A stretch of 64,000 nucleotides of DNA from a virus. Lineage: Duplodnaviria; Caudoviricetes. The position numbers and the translations under genes are program-made. The notes under the pieces are model-generated. The model was not told the DNA's origin. It worked only from the letters and a program-made list of their open reading frames with translations, and ran no database searches. Each line of letters starts with the position of its first letter. Position 1 is the stretch's first letter. Positions 9,388-19,141 of this stretch are shown one piece after another. The DNA is taken from positions 21,268 through 85,267 of IMG/VR virus record IMGVR_UViG_2875882051_000001, one strand, 5' to 3'.

Positions 9388-9533
9388 GTTCTAAATCTCC
9401 TTTCGTTGAATCTAAGATCACATTATTTACCACGCAAAAAAGGCACCCAACTTAATGAATGCCTTCTAAAAGGGCTTTAATGAAATTCTTGACAATATTA
9501 TTATATCTCACTTTTCCAGTATTTTTTACAGAC

Positions 9534-9570
9534 TTTCTACTGTTTTCCTTCTGTTTTTCTACTGTTTTTC
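9534..9570 (-). promoter_or_regulatory. Direct repeats (TTCTACTGTTTT, 11/22-bp phasing) upstream of probable late promoter
   Basis: Repeats just after the activator gene; arrangement typical of RinA/ArpU-type activator targets. Confidence 0.55.
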
Positions 9571-9585
9571 TATAATCAATAAATT

Positions 9586-9999
9586 TTAGGGTATATATTT
9601 CTTCATTTTCCTTATTGCCTCATATTCCATTTGCTTGATCCTGGAGTAACTTAAATTTAATTTTTGTTCAACTCTCCAGTATTTCTTGCGTTCTATTAGC
9701 ACAATCTGGATTATTTCCTTTTCTTCATCAGTCAGCATTGTAAGTGCATTGTCAATTCGCCTTAATTCTCTCTTTTTAACTGCCTGTTGTCTATATAATT
9801 CTTCTTTCTTTTCCATTAACGCTTCCGCTTGTTGCTCAACACTAGAAGTTATCTTGTAGGTCTTTCCTGTTCTTTCCTCTGTACCTTGTCCACTTACTCC
9901 TAATATTTCTTCCTCAAGTTCTTGGACTTTTATATCAATCTCTTGTATGTCTGCTTTAAGCTCTTTATATTTCCGTATCCTATATACTGTGTTATCCAT
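9586..9999 (-). CDS. ArpU/RinA-like late transcriptional activator
   Basis: Coiled-coil N-terminus, C-terminal sigma-region-4-like HTH, position at early/late boundary. Confidence 0.75.
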   Translation of the reverse strand: MDNTVYRIRKYKELKADIQEIDIKVQELEEEILGVSGQGTEERTGKTYKITSSVEQQAEALMEKKEELYRQQAVKKRELRRIDNALTMLTDEEKEIIQIVLIERKKYWRVEQKLNLSYSRIKQMEYEAIRKMKKYIP

Positions 10000-10030
10000 T
10001 TACTCACCTAACCTTCAAACTATGTTTCTT

Positions 10031-10732
10031 TTATAGCGCTGATTCTTCCAAAAACAAATCTGTATCTTCTATAAATCCTTTATGAACTAATACATTTCTC
10101 ACTTCATATCTCAGAGTGTTATATATTTCGCATCCTATAAATTCCTTATCTATTGGCCTTATTTGAGTATTAAACTCACTTTGTAGGCCTTTAAGCCTTT
10201 TGTATAATCTATCTGGCTCATATTGTGATCTATAACTAGATGAATCTCTTATATTTATATCAAAATTTTTATCCTCTAAAAAAATGAAGAACTTTATATT
10301 GTATTTATTCAGGGTGGCAAATTCGTATTTTAGCCTGTTATAATCAGTCTTAAGAACCTTTTCCAGATACTTTTCTCCAAGCAACTCGATTATTTCTTTT
10401 TTTATCTCATTGATATTAGTCTTATTATCTTTTAAATTCATTGCCAACTCATCAATACAAAACTTTCTTTCAATCACTATTTCATCAGTGAAATAAATAT
10501 CCCTTGTTTGTCCCTTAAAGCTTCCTATTGGTAACATACATGAATAATCTCCATAGTCAAGTTTTTGTGTCTTAAAAGGCTTTTTCCTCTTATTTAACCA
10601 TTGAATTACATGCTGATTTGCTTGCTCTCTTGTATCTACTAATACAACCATTTTATCCAATAATTCTTTTATTTCTTTTTCTGTAAACTTATATCTCATT
10701 AGCAGCCCTCCTATGCTATTTTCTTTACACAT
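10031..10732 (-). CDS. ERCC4-domain nuclease
   Basis: VDTREQ, LDYGDYS, IERK motifs. Confidence 0.85.
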   Translation of the reverse strand: MCKENSIGGLLMRYKFTEKEIKELLDKMVVLVDTREQANQHVIQWLNKRKKPFKTQKLDYGDYSCMLPIGSFKGQTRDIYFTDEIVIERKFCIDELAMNLKDNKTNINEIKKEIIELLGEKYLEKVLKTDYNRLKYEFATLNKYNIKFFIFLEDKNFDINIRDSSSYRSQYEPDRLYKRLKGLQSEFNTQIRPIDKEFIGCEIYNTLRYEVRNVLVHKGFIEDTDLFLEESAL

Positions 10733-11418
10733 TTATAATAAAATGCTGTTCTTTTACCTTCCCAATCTACATTTATTGTTTCACCATTGTTATAAACTCT
10801 TACTACCTTACCCGTTCCTTTGATTCCTTTGTATTCAATTTCAACAAGATCATCAATTTCAAATTCTGTGATGTTTGTATGCTTTTTTGTAACTTTATCA
10901 GCCAAATCTGTGATTTCTTTAGTCATTTCTGTAACAAAAAGCTCATTTTCGTGATATTTAGGCTTTTGTTCATATTCAATGACCCATCCTTTATAATTTA
11001 TAACAACCGTTTTTTCTCCAGGTATTATGATGTTGGAATCACCTTTACGTTTAATGTATTGTGTCACCTTCATATCATTTAATTTTTTAAGCTGTAGATC
11101 ATTGAGTTCTTTATCTTTATTGACGAATAGTATTTCATCAGCTGGCATTAAACCAACATTTGCGCCTAAATCAAATTCATGCACACCTTGTCCATCAAAA
11201 TACTTTGTCTTATCTTCTAATTCAACAAGTAATGCTCCTGAAACAGTTTTTATGATTCTATTACAGCTCTCTTTATAAAGGTTTATTATCTTCTGGAAGT
11301 GATCTTCCTTCGTCTCTTGTTTATCAACTATAACTTTTTCTTTAGGCTTGATAATAGGTTCTTGAATTGGCATATTAAATAAATCAATTTGCCCTTCTAA
11401 CACAATTATTTTTTTCAA
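10711..11418 (-). CDS. Hypothetical phage protein
   Basis: 235-aa ORF with EGQIDLF N-terminus common in Firmicute phages. Confidence 0.7.
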   Translation of the reverse strand: MKKIIVLEGQIDLFNMPIQEPIIKPKEKVIVDKQETKEDHFQKIINLYKESCNRIIKTVSGALLVELEDKTKYFDGQGVHEFDLGANVGLMPADEILFVNKDKELNDLQLKKLNDMKVTQYIKRKGDSNIIIPGEKTVVINYKGWVIEYEQKPKYHENELFVTEMTKEITDLADKVTKKHTNITEFEIDDLVEIEYKGIKGTGKVVRVYNNGETINVDWEGKRTAFYYKCVKKIA

Positions 11419-11498
11419 ATTATCTCACCTTCTTTTTCACTTGATTTTCATATGATAATGAAGCTTTATAATTATAGTGTTATTTACCATATTATTAG

Positions 11499-12506
11499 TT
11501 ACACAACCAATCTTCTATATTCATTTTTAAGGTTTTCTTGAGATAGTTGCGCATATATTTGAGTTGTACTTGGGGTAGTATGTCCAAGAATGCCCTGCAC
11601 ACCTTCAATTCTCATTCCTGAATTTAATAACCTAGTTGCTTGGGTACGTCTAAATTTATGGCAATGTACCCTTTCACCTACTCCAGCTCTATCCTTTATC
11701 TTTGCTATTATTAATTGTAATGCTCTTACTTTTATATGATTATGTGAACCTCTCTCTGATATAAATAAGTATTCTGATTCTCCTTCTCTTGATTTTAAAT
11801 AGCCCTGCATGTGTAACTTAGCTCTTGTAGAAAAGAAAACTATTCTCTCCTTACTTCCTTTTCCAAATACTTTTATACTTCTCTCCTGCCAATTTATATC
11901 TTTTAATTTGATATTATCTAGTTCCGATATTCTGCACGCAGTACTGTCTAAAAGTTCAAATAGAGCTTTTTCTCTTTCAGTTATACACGCTTCTCTTAAC
12001 CTCTCCAAATTTTCTGGTTGATAAGGTTGTAATATCACACGTGGTACTTTAGTTTGTTTCAATTTAAATGCAGGATTTTTAATTATATATTCTTCTGCTT
12101 GCAACCATCCGAAAAAGCCTTTAAGCATTGTTATATATCCGTTAACTGTGGTAGCTTGTTTTTCTTTTCCCATAAAGGCCAAGAACATTCTCAAATCCAT
12201 AGTAGATATAGTAGAACATGGTTTTGTAAAAAATCGCTCTAATTTATTTAGAAATAATCTATAATTATCTAATGTCTTTTGGCTTAAACCTTCTAACTTT
12301 TTACAAGCTAAATATATAGCTGATTTTTCTTCTATATCGCTTGCCACTAGATCAGTACATTTCGATGAAACTTCATAATCATATAAAGTTTCATCAATTG
12401 TCTTTTTAACCTCTAATTGCAAACTCAAATTTTGTTCTAAAACTGGTAATAACAAAGTTAATTTTCCTAACAATCTTATACTGGCTTCTTCATTTAGGTT
12501 GCTCAT
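11499..12506 (-). CDS. XerD-like tyrosine recombinase (not the att integrase)
   Basis: Intact R-K-HxxR-H-Y: TACRISEL, GKGSKER, HKFRR, LGH, TQIY. Confidence 0.92.
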   Translation of the reverse strand: MSNLNEEASIRLLGKLTLLLPVLEQNLSLQLEVKKTIDETLYDYEVSSKCTDLVASDIEEKSAIYLACKKLEGLSQKTLDNYRLFLNKLERFFTKPCSTISTMDLRMFLAFMGKEKQATTVNGYITMLKGFFGWLQAEEYIIKNPAFKLKQTKVPRVILQPYQPENLERLREACITEREKALFELLDSTACRISELDNIKLKDINWQERSIKVFGKGSKERIVFFSTRAKLHMQGYLKSREGESEYLFISERGSHNHIKVRALQLIIAKIKDRAGVGERVHCHKFRRTQATRLLNSGMRIEGVQGILGHTTPSTTQIYAQLSQENLKNEYRRLVV

Positions 12507-12554
12507 ATTATCAAATCCTTTCTTTAGTTTTTTGTAATCTTAATAAAATCATCT

Positions 12555-12583
12555 GAATACTTGTTTTAAAATTGTACATAATA
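12555..12583 (+). promoter_or_regulatory. SigmaG-type promoter, copy 1 (GAATA-N17-CATAATA)
   Basis: Matches the forespore sigmaG consensus GHATR-N17/18-CATWHTA. Confidence 0.55.
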
Positions 12584-12589
12584 TAATTA

Positions 12590-13170
12590 GTTGTTGATTA
12601 TATTATTATTTATAGAATCCATTATGTGCCCTTTAATTAGGGCATATTTTGCGTTTAATTTTAGCATTGTGAATTAAATTATTTGAATACTTATTTTAAA
12701 ATTGTACATAATATAATTGACATTAGTTATGTTATTGTTTATAGAATCCATTAATATTACTATTTATAGAAATCCATTTTTGACTCCTTAATTGGAGTCT
12801 TTTTATATAAATAATTATAGTTGTTAGAATTATTTGTACTTATCCTTCATATAATGAAAGGAAACCTCTTGATTATTATTTTTTATCTTATAGTTACTCT
12901 CTTTTTGTAGATCTTTATACTTTTGTCCATTCACTTTTGAGCTCCTTAAATTTAAGGAGCTTTTATTATTCTTATCATGAATAATTTCATAAAATACTCA
13001 TAAGCTAAGGATGTCTTCATAATCAGATCAGTACTCCATTTTCAATCCATTTAATGTGGGAATATGATATTTTAATTACGTATTATTTAAGATATATTAA
13101 CGTATAATATAAATACCCCACATATATTAATTATCACATACATATACGCCCCTTTATTGGGGCATTTTTT
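12590..13170 (+). ncRNA. Candidate array of short non-coding transcripts, each ending in a hairpin (~12627, 12782, 12940, 13148)
   Basis: No long ORF; repeated TTTATAGAATCCAT; four hairpins followed by T-rich runs. Confidence 0.4.
12685..12713 (+). promoter_or_regulatory. SigmaG-type promoter, copy 2 (GAATA-N17-CATAATA)
   Basis: Near-identical duplicate 130 bp downstream of copy 1. Confidence 0.55.
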
Positions 13171-13195
13171 GTACTCATTTTCTACAGATTGAACA

Positions 13196-13387
13196 TTACT
13201 TATATATTATTGGTTCATTATCTTTCTTAGGATATTGTTGCAATATAATAGACTTCACATAACTGTAATTTATATGTCTATTTACATATTGCATATGGTC
13301 CACGTTGTTTTTTATAGTATAAGTTGTTTTACTCCCATCATTGCATTCTACAAATAACTTTTTCATAACCTTATTCCTTTTCCTCAT
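13196..13387 (-). CDS. Hypothetical protein
   Basis: ORF track; compact cassette region. Confidence 0.65.
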   Translation of the reverse strand: MRKRNKVMKKLFVECNDGSKTTYTIKNNVDHMQYVNRHINYSYVKSIILQQYPKKDNEPIIYK

Positions 13388-13646
13388 TTTTATTAATTTC
13401 TTCTAGATCTGTACCTTCAAACTCAACTTCTCCACTTTCGTCCTTATCAAATTCAAGTATTTTCACATTGTTATCGCTTAAATATCCCTCAATATCATCT
13501 GGATGCATACCGTCTCTTTCCAAAACATCTAACGCATACTCTACTTCAACATCTGAGTCAGCTTCAACTGTTAAAGTATGTCTGTAAACTACTTTTTCTT
13601 CTAATTCGATTTTAAATTTCATATTTCCCCACCCTTTCAAATTCAA
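13371..13646 (-). CDS. Hypothetical acidic protein
   Basis: ORF track; true start probably MKFKIE. Confidence 0.65.
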   Translation of the reverse strand: MNLKGWGNMKFKIELEEKVVYRHTLTVEADSDVEVEYALDVLERDGMHPDDIEGYLSDNNVKILEFDKDESGEVEFEGTDLEEINKNEEKE

Positions 13647-14268
13647 TTACCCATACCCAAGGATTTTCATGCCACATATATTTGACTTGAGATTTATTTA
13701 GAGTGCTATTCCATAAATCTTCAAAAGCTGATATATATTCACTTGCAGTAAATGAGTCAGTAATTTCAAAATCTAGCTTTATTCCTTCCTTTTTACATTC
13801 ACCTGCTTCAATCATTTTTAATCTTTCAGGATAAATCTTTTTTATTTTTAGAAATATCCTTGCTGCTTCTTTCGGCATAAATAATGACGGCTGCCACTTT
13901 TCTTGATCTGCAAATTTATAGAATTTATTAAATCTCTCTTTTGTAAAAGATATACAATCATTAACCTCACTATCTGCCTTATATTTAAAAGCTAGTGTAT
14001 TAACTCCTCTTGAATGCGCCAACCATGTTTCTCTAACATAAAGTATGTCTCCAATTTCAAACTTGGGTTTGCACCAATTAATAGCACTGTATATTGTTCC
14101 AGCAACTGCATTAGATCTATATCCAAATTTGTAATATTCGCCTTCATGTTCTAGTAGTTCTCTATTCCCAACATTCTTTATAATTCTTCTCGTGGTTGTT
14201 TTTCTTCCTTCAAGAATTGCCTTAACCATATCTGTATTAAATAAAATTGGTTTTTCCAATATTCTCAC
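13612..14268 (-). CDS. ASCH/PUA-like phage protein
   Basis: PILFNTDMVKAILEGRKTTTRR, GDILYVRETW, WQPSLFMPK, NPWVWVIEF. Confidence 0.8.
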   Translation of the reverse strand: MRILEKPILFNTDMVKAILEGRKTTTRRIIKNVGNRELLEHEGEYYKFGYRSNAVAGTIYSAINWCKPKFEIGDILYVRETWLAHSRGVNTLAFKYKADSEVNDCISFTKERFNKFYKFADQEKWQPSLFMPKEAARIFLKIKKIYPERLKMIEAGECKKEGIKLDFEITDSFTASEYISAFEDLWNSTLNKSQVKYMWHENPWVWVIEFERVGKYEI

Positions 14269-14284
14269 CTCAATTTATTATGTT

Positions 14285-14367
14285 GAGGGGAATAATCCCC
14301 TCTTAATTTGCAGTAACCTTAACATTAGCAATTGTAATCCCTGCTGCTAACACTCCTAGTCCTGCAA
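14285..14367 (-). ncRNA. Structured intergenic RNA-like element, homologous to 55946-56035
   Basis: Shared ~60-nt sequence with nested stems TTGCAG/CTGCAA and TTAGCA/TGCTAA plus a downstream hairpin. Confidence 0.5.
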
Positions 14368-14375
14368 GAACTCAC

Positions 14376-14801
14376 TTACCCTCTGTTCTTATTTATATCC
14401 ATGAAATTCATTTGAGGATTTATTAGTGGTTGCACTACATATTTTCCATTTATATCATCCCATACAACTTCTTTATTCTCGTCATAGCAACCTTTTGAAT
14501 TATATTGCTTCTTTAAAGTTGATGTTATCTTGTGTTCAAAAGTAGGTTTTTTATATTCATATTTATCATTTATTATATTCCCGTAATCATCTGTTGCAGG
14601 TATTTCCTTATAAGCATCTCTTATTTTTAAATCCAATTTTAAAGATATTTCCCCACTTGCAAATTCACCATTATATACACTTTTTATAACTCTTTGTATT
14701 TCCTCATTTAAATCAGTTAACATTGCATTAAATACAGGACTATCAATATCTATACTTAATACTCTCTTACTTAAATCCACTAATTCACTTGTTTTACCCA
14801 T
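14376..14801 (-). CDS. Hypothetical phage protein
   Basis: 141-aa ORF. Confidence 0.7.
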   Translation of the reverse strand: MGKTSELVDLSKRVLSIDIDSPVFNAMLTDLNEEIQRVIKSVYNGEFASGEISLKLDLKIRDAYKEIPATDDYGNIINDKYEYKKPTFEHKITSTLKKQYNSKGCYDENKEVVWDDINGKYVVQPLINPQMNFMDINKNRG

Positions 14802-15196
14802 TATCTTATTACCTCCAATTCAAATTCGACTCTTTCTAATTCTTCAGTAAATACTTTCTTAACAATCAATTCTGTGATCTGGCTATCGTCCTTATAGGCA
14901 ATTTTATTTAAACTATCCAAAATAACCTTAGCTACATTATCAATATCAGGTTTCTTCTGTGGACGCTCTATCCCCGCCCTTATCGCTTCTAACCTTTTCT
15001 TTGAATAACTCTTAGGTATTTTGTAGTAAGCTATAATTGTTGCCTTTATAGAACCTTCTAAATACCTTCTATCCTGCTGCTGATAACAAATTCTTACCCA
15101 ATTTTCATAAGTCACTGTATCTCCAGGAGTTGTTGCATGTCCATTAAAAAATCTAGGCCGTCCTTTACCTTTTATTGTTCCTTCAACTACTACCAT
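14801..15196 (-). CDS. rusA: RusA-family Holliday junction resolvase
   Basis: GKGRPRF, KKPDIDNVAKVILDSLN, YKDDSQI. Confidence 0.9.
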   Translation of the reverse strand: MVVVEGTIKGKGRPRFFNGHATTPGDTVTYENWVRICYQQQDRRYLEGSIKATIIAYYKIPKSYSKKRLEAIRAGIERPQKKPDIDNVAKVILDSLNKIAYKDDSQITELIVKKVFTEELERVEFELEVIR

Positions 15197-15207
15197 TTAT
15201 TTCTCCT

Positions 15208-16521
15208 TTACCTTAAACAATCTATATTTGCGATCTTTTGGAGCTTATCCAAGTAATAGAATTTAAGTGTTCCAACTGCTCCATCTCTTTGCTTCGCTAT
15301 TATCCATTCAATAATATTTCTGTCTTCTGTTTCTTTGTTGTAATATTCATCACGATACAAGAACATTATCAAGTCTGCATCTTGTTCAATATTCCCAGAT
15401 TCTCTTAAATCCGCCAATGTTGGTCTCTTATCTGCCCTCTCTTCAACTTTTCTAGATAATTGTGATAATACGATTACTGTTACTTCTAATTCTTTAGCCA
15501 TCATCTTTAATTGTCTTGTAACTTCACCAATATCTGACGATCTATTTCCAGTGTTAGGTATGTCCATTAACGTTAAGTGATCTACAATTACCACATCTAA
15601 ACCATGAGTTTGTTTTACTGCTTTAGTCTTAGCTTTTATAGTTAATGTGTTTTGGTAGCTGCTGCAATCTGTAAATATTCCATTTCTCTTAGATAATTTG
15701 TTAGCTGCCATAAGTATTCTTTCAAACTCTTCTGCATTAAGTTTTCCTGTTTTTAATTTCTGTGCTTCAACATTTGAATTGAAAGCCAATCTCCTATTTC
15801 CCAATGCTGTTTCTACCATTTCCATTTCAAATACAAGCACATTATTACCGTTTTTCGCTAGTCCGTCAGCTATGTTTAAAGCAGTAACTGTTTTTCCCAT
15901 TGATGGACGAGCACCGATTACAAATAAGTCTCCTTTATTCATTCCATTTGTTGCTCTATCAAAGTCATGAAATCCTGTTTTCATGCCTGGAATATCTCCA
16001 CCATTAGCATATCTTTCTTCTATCTTTGATATTGTGGCATTAAGTAACTGCGTATCATTTAGTATTTGGCTTTTGTCTTCTGTTTGGCTTAATTCATTTG
16101 ACATTTTACTAATTGAAACATCTGGTTTAATTTTATCGTCATACAATGCATTCATAGCTGAATTTAATGATTTTATCGCCTTTCTTCTGAAGGACTTATC
16201 TTTTATAATGTCCACGTATTGTTTTACATTTAATTTAAACCCACCTGTCATTAGTTCTGTGAGGTATGAAACCCCTCCGACGTATACTAGACTGTCTTTT
16301 CCTAAAACCTCTATAATGGGCGTTATTCCTATTTCTTTCCCGTCTGCAAATAATGCACACATTGCGTTAAATATTAATTGATGGCTTGATCTATAAAAAT
16401 CATTTGTTTTCAACTCATTTACTGCTTGTACTATTATCTTAGGGTTATAAAATATACCTGATAAGAGTTCTTGTTCAGCTCTTATATTTTGCGGTAGTAT
16501 TTGTAACTGTTCTGTATCCAT
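15208..16521 (-). CDS. dnaB: DnaB-like replicative helicase
   Basis: GARPSMGKT, VIVDHL, LSQLSR, DLRESGNIEQDAD. Confidence 0.95.
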   Translation of the reverse strand: MDTEQLQILPQNIRAEQELLSGIFYNPKIIVQAVNELKTNDFYRSSHQLIFNAMCALFADGKEIGITPIIEVLGKDSLVYVGGVSYLTELMTGGFKLNVKQYVDIIKDKSFRRKAIKSLNSAMNALYDDKIKPDVSISKMSNELSQTEDKSQILNDTQLLNATISKIEERYANGGDIPGMKTGFHDFDRATNGMNKGDLFVIGARPSMGKTVTALNIADGLAKNGNNVLVFEMEMVETALGNRRLAFNSNVEAQKLKTGKLNAEEFERILMAANKLSKRNGIFTDCSSYQNTLTIKAKTKAVKQTHGLDVVIVDHLTLMDIPNTGNRSSDIGEVTRQLKMMAKELEVTVIVLSQLSRKVEERADKRPTLADLRESGNIEQDADLIMFLYRDEYYNKETEDRNIIEWIIAKQRDGAVGTLKFYYLDKLQKIANIDCLR

Positions 16522-16539
16522 CTAATCACCTCTATTTAG

Positions 16540-17334
16540 CTATTCATCAAATTGAAATGCATCATATTGTTTTTTATTGTTAGATATAGTTGTCTGGTTC
16601 TTATGGTCTTCTTTAAGTTCGAATATGCCTTGCCAACAATGCTCTATGCTATTTTCTAAAATTTTAATTTGTATTTCTTCATTTTCCGATAAGCCCTTTA
16701 GCTTCTTAAGCATTATCTGTAAAGCTCTATCCGTCATAGGTTTTTTAATTGACTTTCTCATTTTTATAAAATCAACTAAAGTATTTCTCAATTCTTCATT
16801 ACTGGTATAGTTGTTAATTAAAGAATCAATCGAAGTTATTTTTCTTTTTTTAGTTTTTTTATTTATATCTATATCTTTCTCTATCTCTTTCTCTATCTCT
16901 ATCTCTGTGTAACAAAAAGTAACAGGTGGTAACTCTTCGGTAACATTGTTACCACTTTCTATTAATTTTTTATTCTTAAAGCGTTTATTTCTCATTAGTT
17001 GAGCCTTATCTGTCTCTTTTCCTATTGACGTTGGAACCTCATTCAAAAGTAACTCTGAATCTGAAATTTCTTTCAGTAATCCGCACTTTTTTAGATACAT
17101 TAATACAAAACTTACATTGTCTGAATCTTCATCTAGTTCTAAGGCTAATTCTTCCGCAAATGTTTCTTCTATTCCATCAAAATACAGCTTTCCTTCATCC
17201 TTAAGACTAAGTAATTGAAGCTTCAAATATATTATTGTGTAAGTATCTCCACCAGCTATTTTCCTTAGTTTCTTAATTTCTTTACCTTTGAAAAAATCCT
17301 TATTTAATTTAAGCCAATAGTACACTTTAGCCAT
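16540..17334 (-). CDS. Phage replisome organiser/replication initiator
   Basis: YYWLKLNKDFF N-terminal motif; IEIEKEIEKDIDI low-complexity origin segment. Confidence 0.85.
   Translation of the reverse strand: MAKVYYWLKLNKDFFKGKEIKKLRKIAGGDTYTIIYLKLQLLSLKDEGKLYFDGIEETFAEELALELDEDSDNVSFVLMYLKKCGLLKEISDSELLLNEVPTSIGKETDKAQLMRNKRFKNKKLIESGNNVTEELPPVTFCYTEIEIEKEIEKDIDINKKTKKRKITSIDSLINNYTSNEELRNTLVDFIKMRKSIKKPMTDRALQIMLKKLKGLSENEEIQIKILENSIEHCWQGIFELKEDHKNQTTISNNKKQYDAFQFDE
16862..16955. repeat. Probable origin repeats inside the initiator gene (TCTATCTC and GTAAC repeats)
   Basis: Short tandem repeats seen directly; origin-in-initiator is the usual lambdoid layout. Confidence 0.5.
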
Positions 17335-17342
17335 TCAATCAC

Positions 17343-18128
17343 CTACAATTCTTCTATTGTTAAAATTTGAGTTACCTTATTATTAGCTCTGCAATAATCA
17401 CATAAACCACACGCAATTGGATTTTCTTCTCCACTTTTAACTTTTATAATGCGCCCGATGTTGTACTCAATTTCCTCAAGCTTTGGTGTGGTGTACCTTT
17501 CATCTACTTTAATTATTGCTTTAAGCGGATTATCATTCTTTTCTATTGCAACAATGTATGGAATTAAGTCTTTGCCAAATTGTTGTTTAATTAACTCTCT
17601 ATAAATTGCCATTTGTTCAACGTATCCATAATGTTCAATGAAAGTTAATCCACCATATTTTTTATGGATCCCTTGAGTTGTTTTTAAATCTGTAAAGAAT
17701 CCTTTTTCTAAGTTCAGTACATCCACCATTCCACGCCACTTGATACCAAATAGCTCACCTTGAATAATCACTTCTTTTTTACCTTGTAAAAATTTCATAC
17801 AATTTGAATCATCTTCTAATGACTTAACCATTGTTTCAGCTACTTTGAAAGTTGATTTTAATTCCCCTTTAGTTTTGCCTTGAGTTGAATATAAGCTTGG
17901 ATTTTCTTTTTTAAAATCATCTAAAGTTCCTTCACTCCATGAATGAATATATTTGCCTAATAGGAATGCATCACTTTCACTCTGTTTATATTCCCCTTTT
18001 AGCTTTGCCATAGCCATTAATTCACATTGTTTAAATAATTTGTACTGTGATACTGACATAGTGCTTAAATCGGCTTCTAGGCTGTAATAATTCTCTTTAG
18101 TTATCACCATATTCATTAACCTCCTCAA
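17343..18128 (-). CDS. PD-(D/E)XK exonuclease (DUF3799/RecE-like)
   Basis: MSVSQYK, GMVDVL, DLKTT, QMAIY; adjacent to RecT. Confidence 0.8.
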   Translation of the reverse strand: MRRLMNMVITKENYYSLEADLSTMSVSQYKLFKQCELMAMAKLKGEYKQSESDAFLLGKYIHSWSEGTLDDFKKENPSLYSTQGKTKGELKSTFKVAETMVKSLEDDSNCMKFLQGKKEVIIQGELFGIKWRGMVDVLNLEKGFFTDLKTTQGIHKKYGGLTFIEHYGYVEQMAIYRELIKQQFGKDLIPYIVAIEKNDNPLKAIIKVDERYTTPKLEEIEYNIGRIIKVKSGEENPIACGLCDYCRANNKVTQILTIEEL

Positions 18129-18930
18129 ATGGAGTATCTACAAAATCAGTTTGTTTAACAATGTCCTCATTCTCCTCTAATTCTTTTTCAAGATCACTTT
18201 TTTCTGTAGCAGCTTCTTTGGGTTTTTCATTTTCAAATTCCATATCTGAACCTTCTTCCCATGCTTCAAGCTGCTTAATGTTATCAAAGTCAATATTTAT
18301 ATGCTTGCAAAGTCTTCTCAAAACAGTCTTTTTAGCCATTTCACCAAAGCTCTTTACCCATGCAGCAGAAAACTTCCCATACTTATCCTTTTTGCTCCAA
18401 TTGTCTCGAATATATTCAACCTCTTCCTTAGACATGGTTTCGTATTCCATTGCACCATCTTCGTAATAAACAACTGCAAAAACTCCTGTAATATCATCAT
18501 TATTAAATGGTTTTGGCTTAAAGTTTACATATGGCTTACCATGGTCAACACCTTCTTCAAACTCATCACCATAACGAACTAGCTTTGCATAAATATCTTT
18601 AATTTTTTTAGAACTAAACTTCCTAACAAGCTTGGTTTCGCCTTTGTAATCTGTCATAAATTCCGGTTTGCCCTTGTAGGTAATTACATAGCATTCATTG
18701 TTAGCAAAATCTAAATCCAGATATGCTCCACGCATTATACATTTAGCAAGGTTAAACTCCTGCCCTTTCATATTTTCTAAGTTAACAGTATTTAAAACCC
18801 TTAGAACATTTTGCTTAAACCTAAGTCCATTAAAACCTTCTGGGAGTGCCTTCTTTTCTATTTCTAACATACTAGTTAATTTCTCATTTAATGCACCTAT
18901 CACATATGCTTGTATCTGATTATTTGCCAA
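18097..18930 (-). CDS. recT: RecT-family single-strand annealing protein
   Basis: ECYVITY, DYKGE, EMAKKTVLRRLCK. Confidence 0.9.
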   Translation of the reverse strand: MANNQIQAYVIGALNEKLTSMLEIEKKALPEGFNGLRFKQNVLRVLNTVNLENMKGQEFNLAKCIMRGAYLDLDFANNECYVITYKGKPEFMTDYKGETKLVRKFSSKKIKDIYAKLVRYGDEFEEGVDHGKPYVNFKPKPFNNDDITGVFAVVYYEDGAMEYETMSKEEVEYIRDNWSKKDKYGKFSAAWVKSFGEMAKKTVLRRLCKHINIDFDNIKQLEAWEEGSDMEFENEKPKEAATEKSDLEKELEENEDIVKQTDFVDTPFEEVNEYGDN

Positions 18931-19141
18931 TTACATCAGCCTCCTTATTAAAATCTTTAGAGTCAACTTCTCTACCTTCTTTACACATCCAAAAGGAATC
19001 ATATTTATAACTGTCGCATTTTAATCCTTCAAGTTCCTCATTATCTTCTTCATAGTCAAAGCTCTTAAGTTCTATCGCAGGAGCTTTACACATTCCATCC
19101 TTGTAATTAATGCAAGTTTTCCACTGACATCTAACTAACAC
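18920..19141 (-). CDS. Small Cys-rich hypothetical protein
   Basis: C-x4-C-x7-C pattern; RBS GGAGG. Confidence 0.65.
   Translation of the reverse strand: MLVRCQWKTCINYKDGMCKAPAIELKSFDYEEDNEELEGLKCDSYKYDSFWMCKEGREVDSKDFNKEADVIGK

Noticed and set aside
12555-13170. CRISPR mini-array interpretation of the repeats
   Set aside because: Units are promoter-like and diverged, with no constant repeat and unique spacers of regular length; no cas genes.
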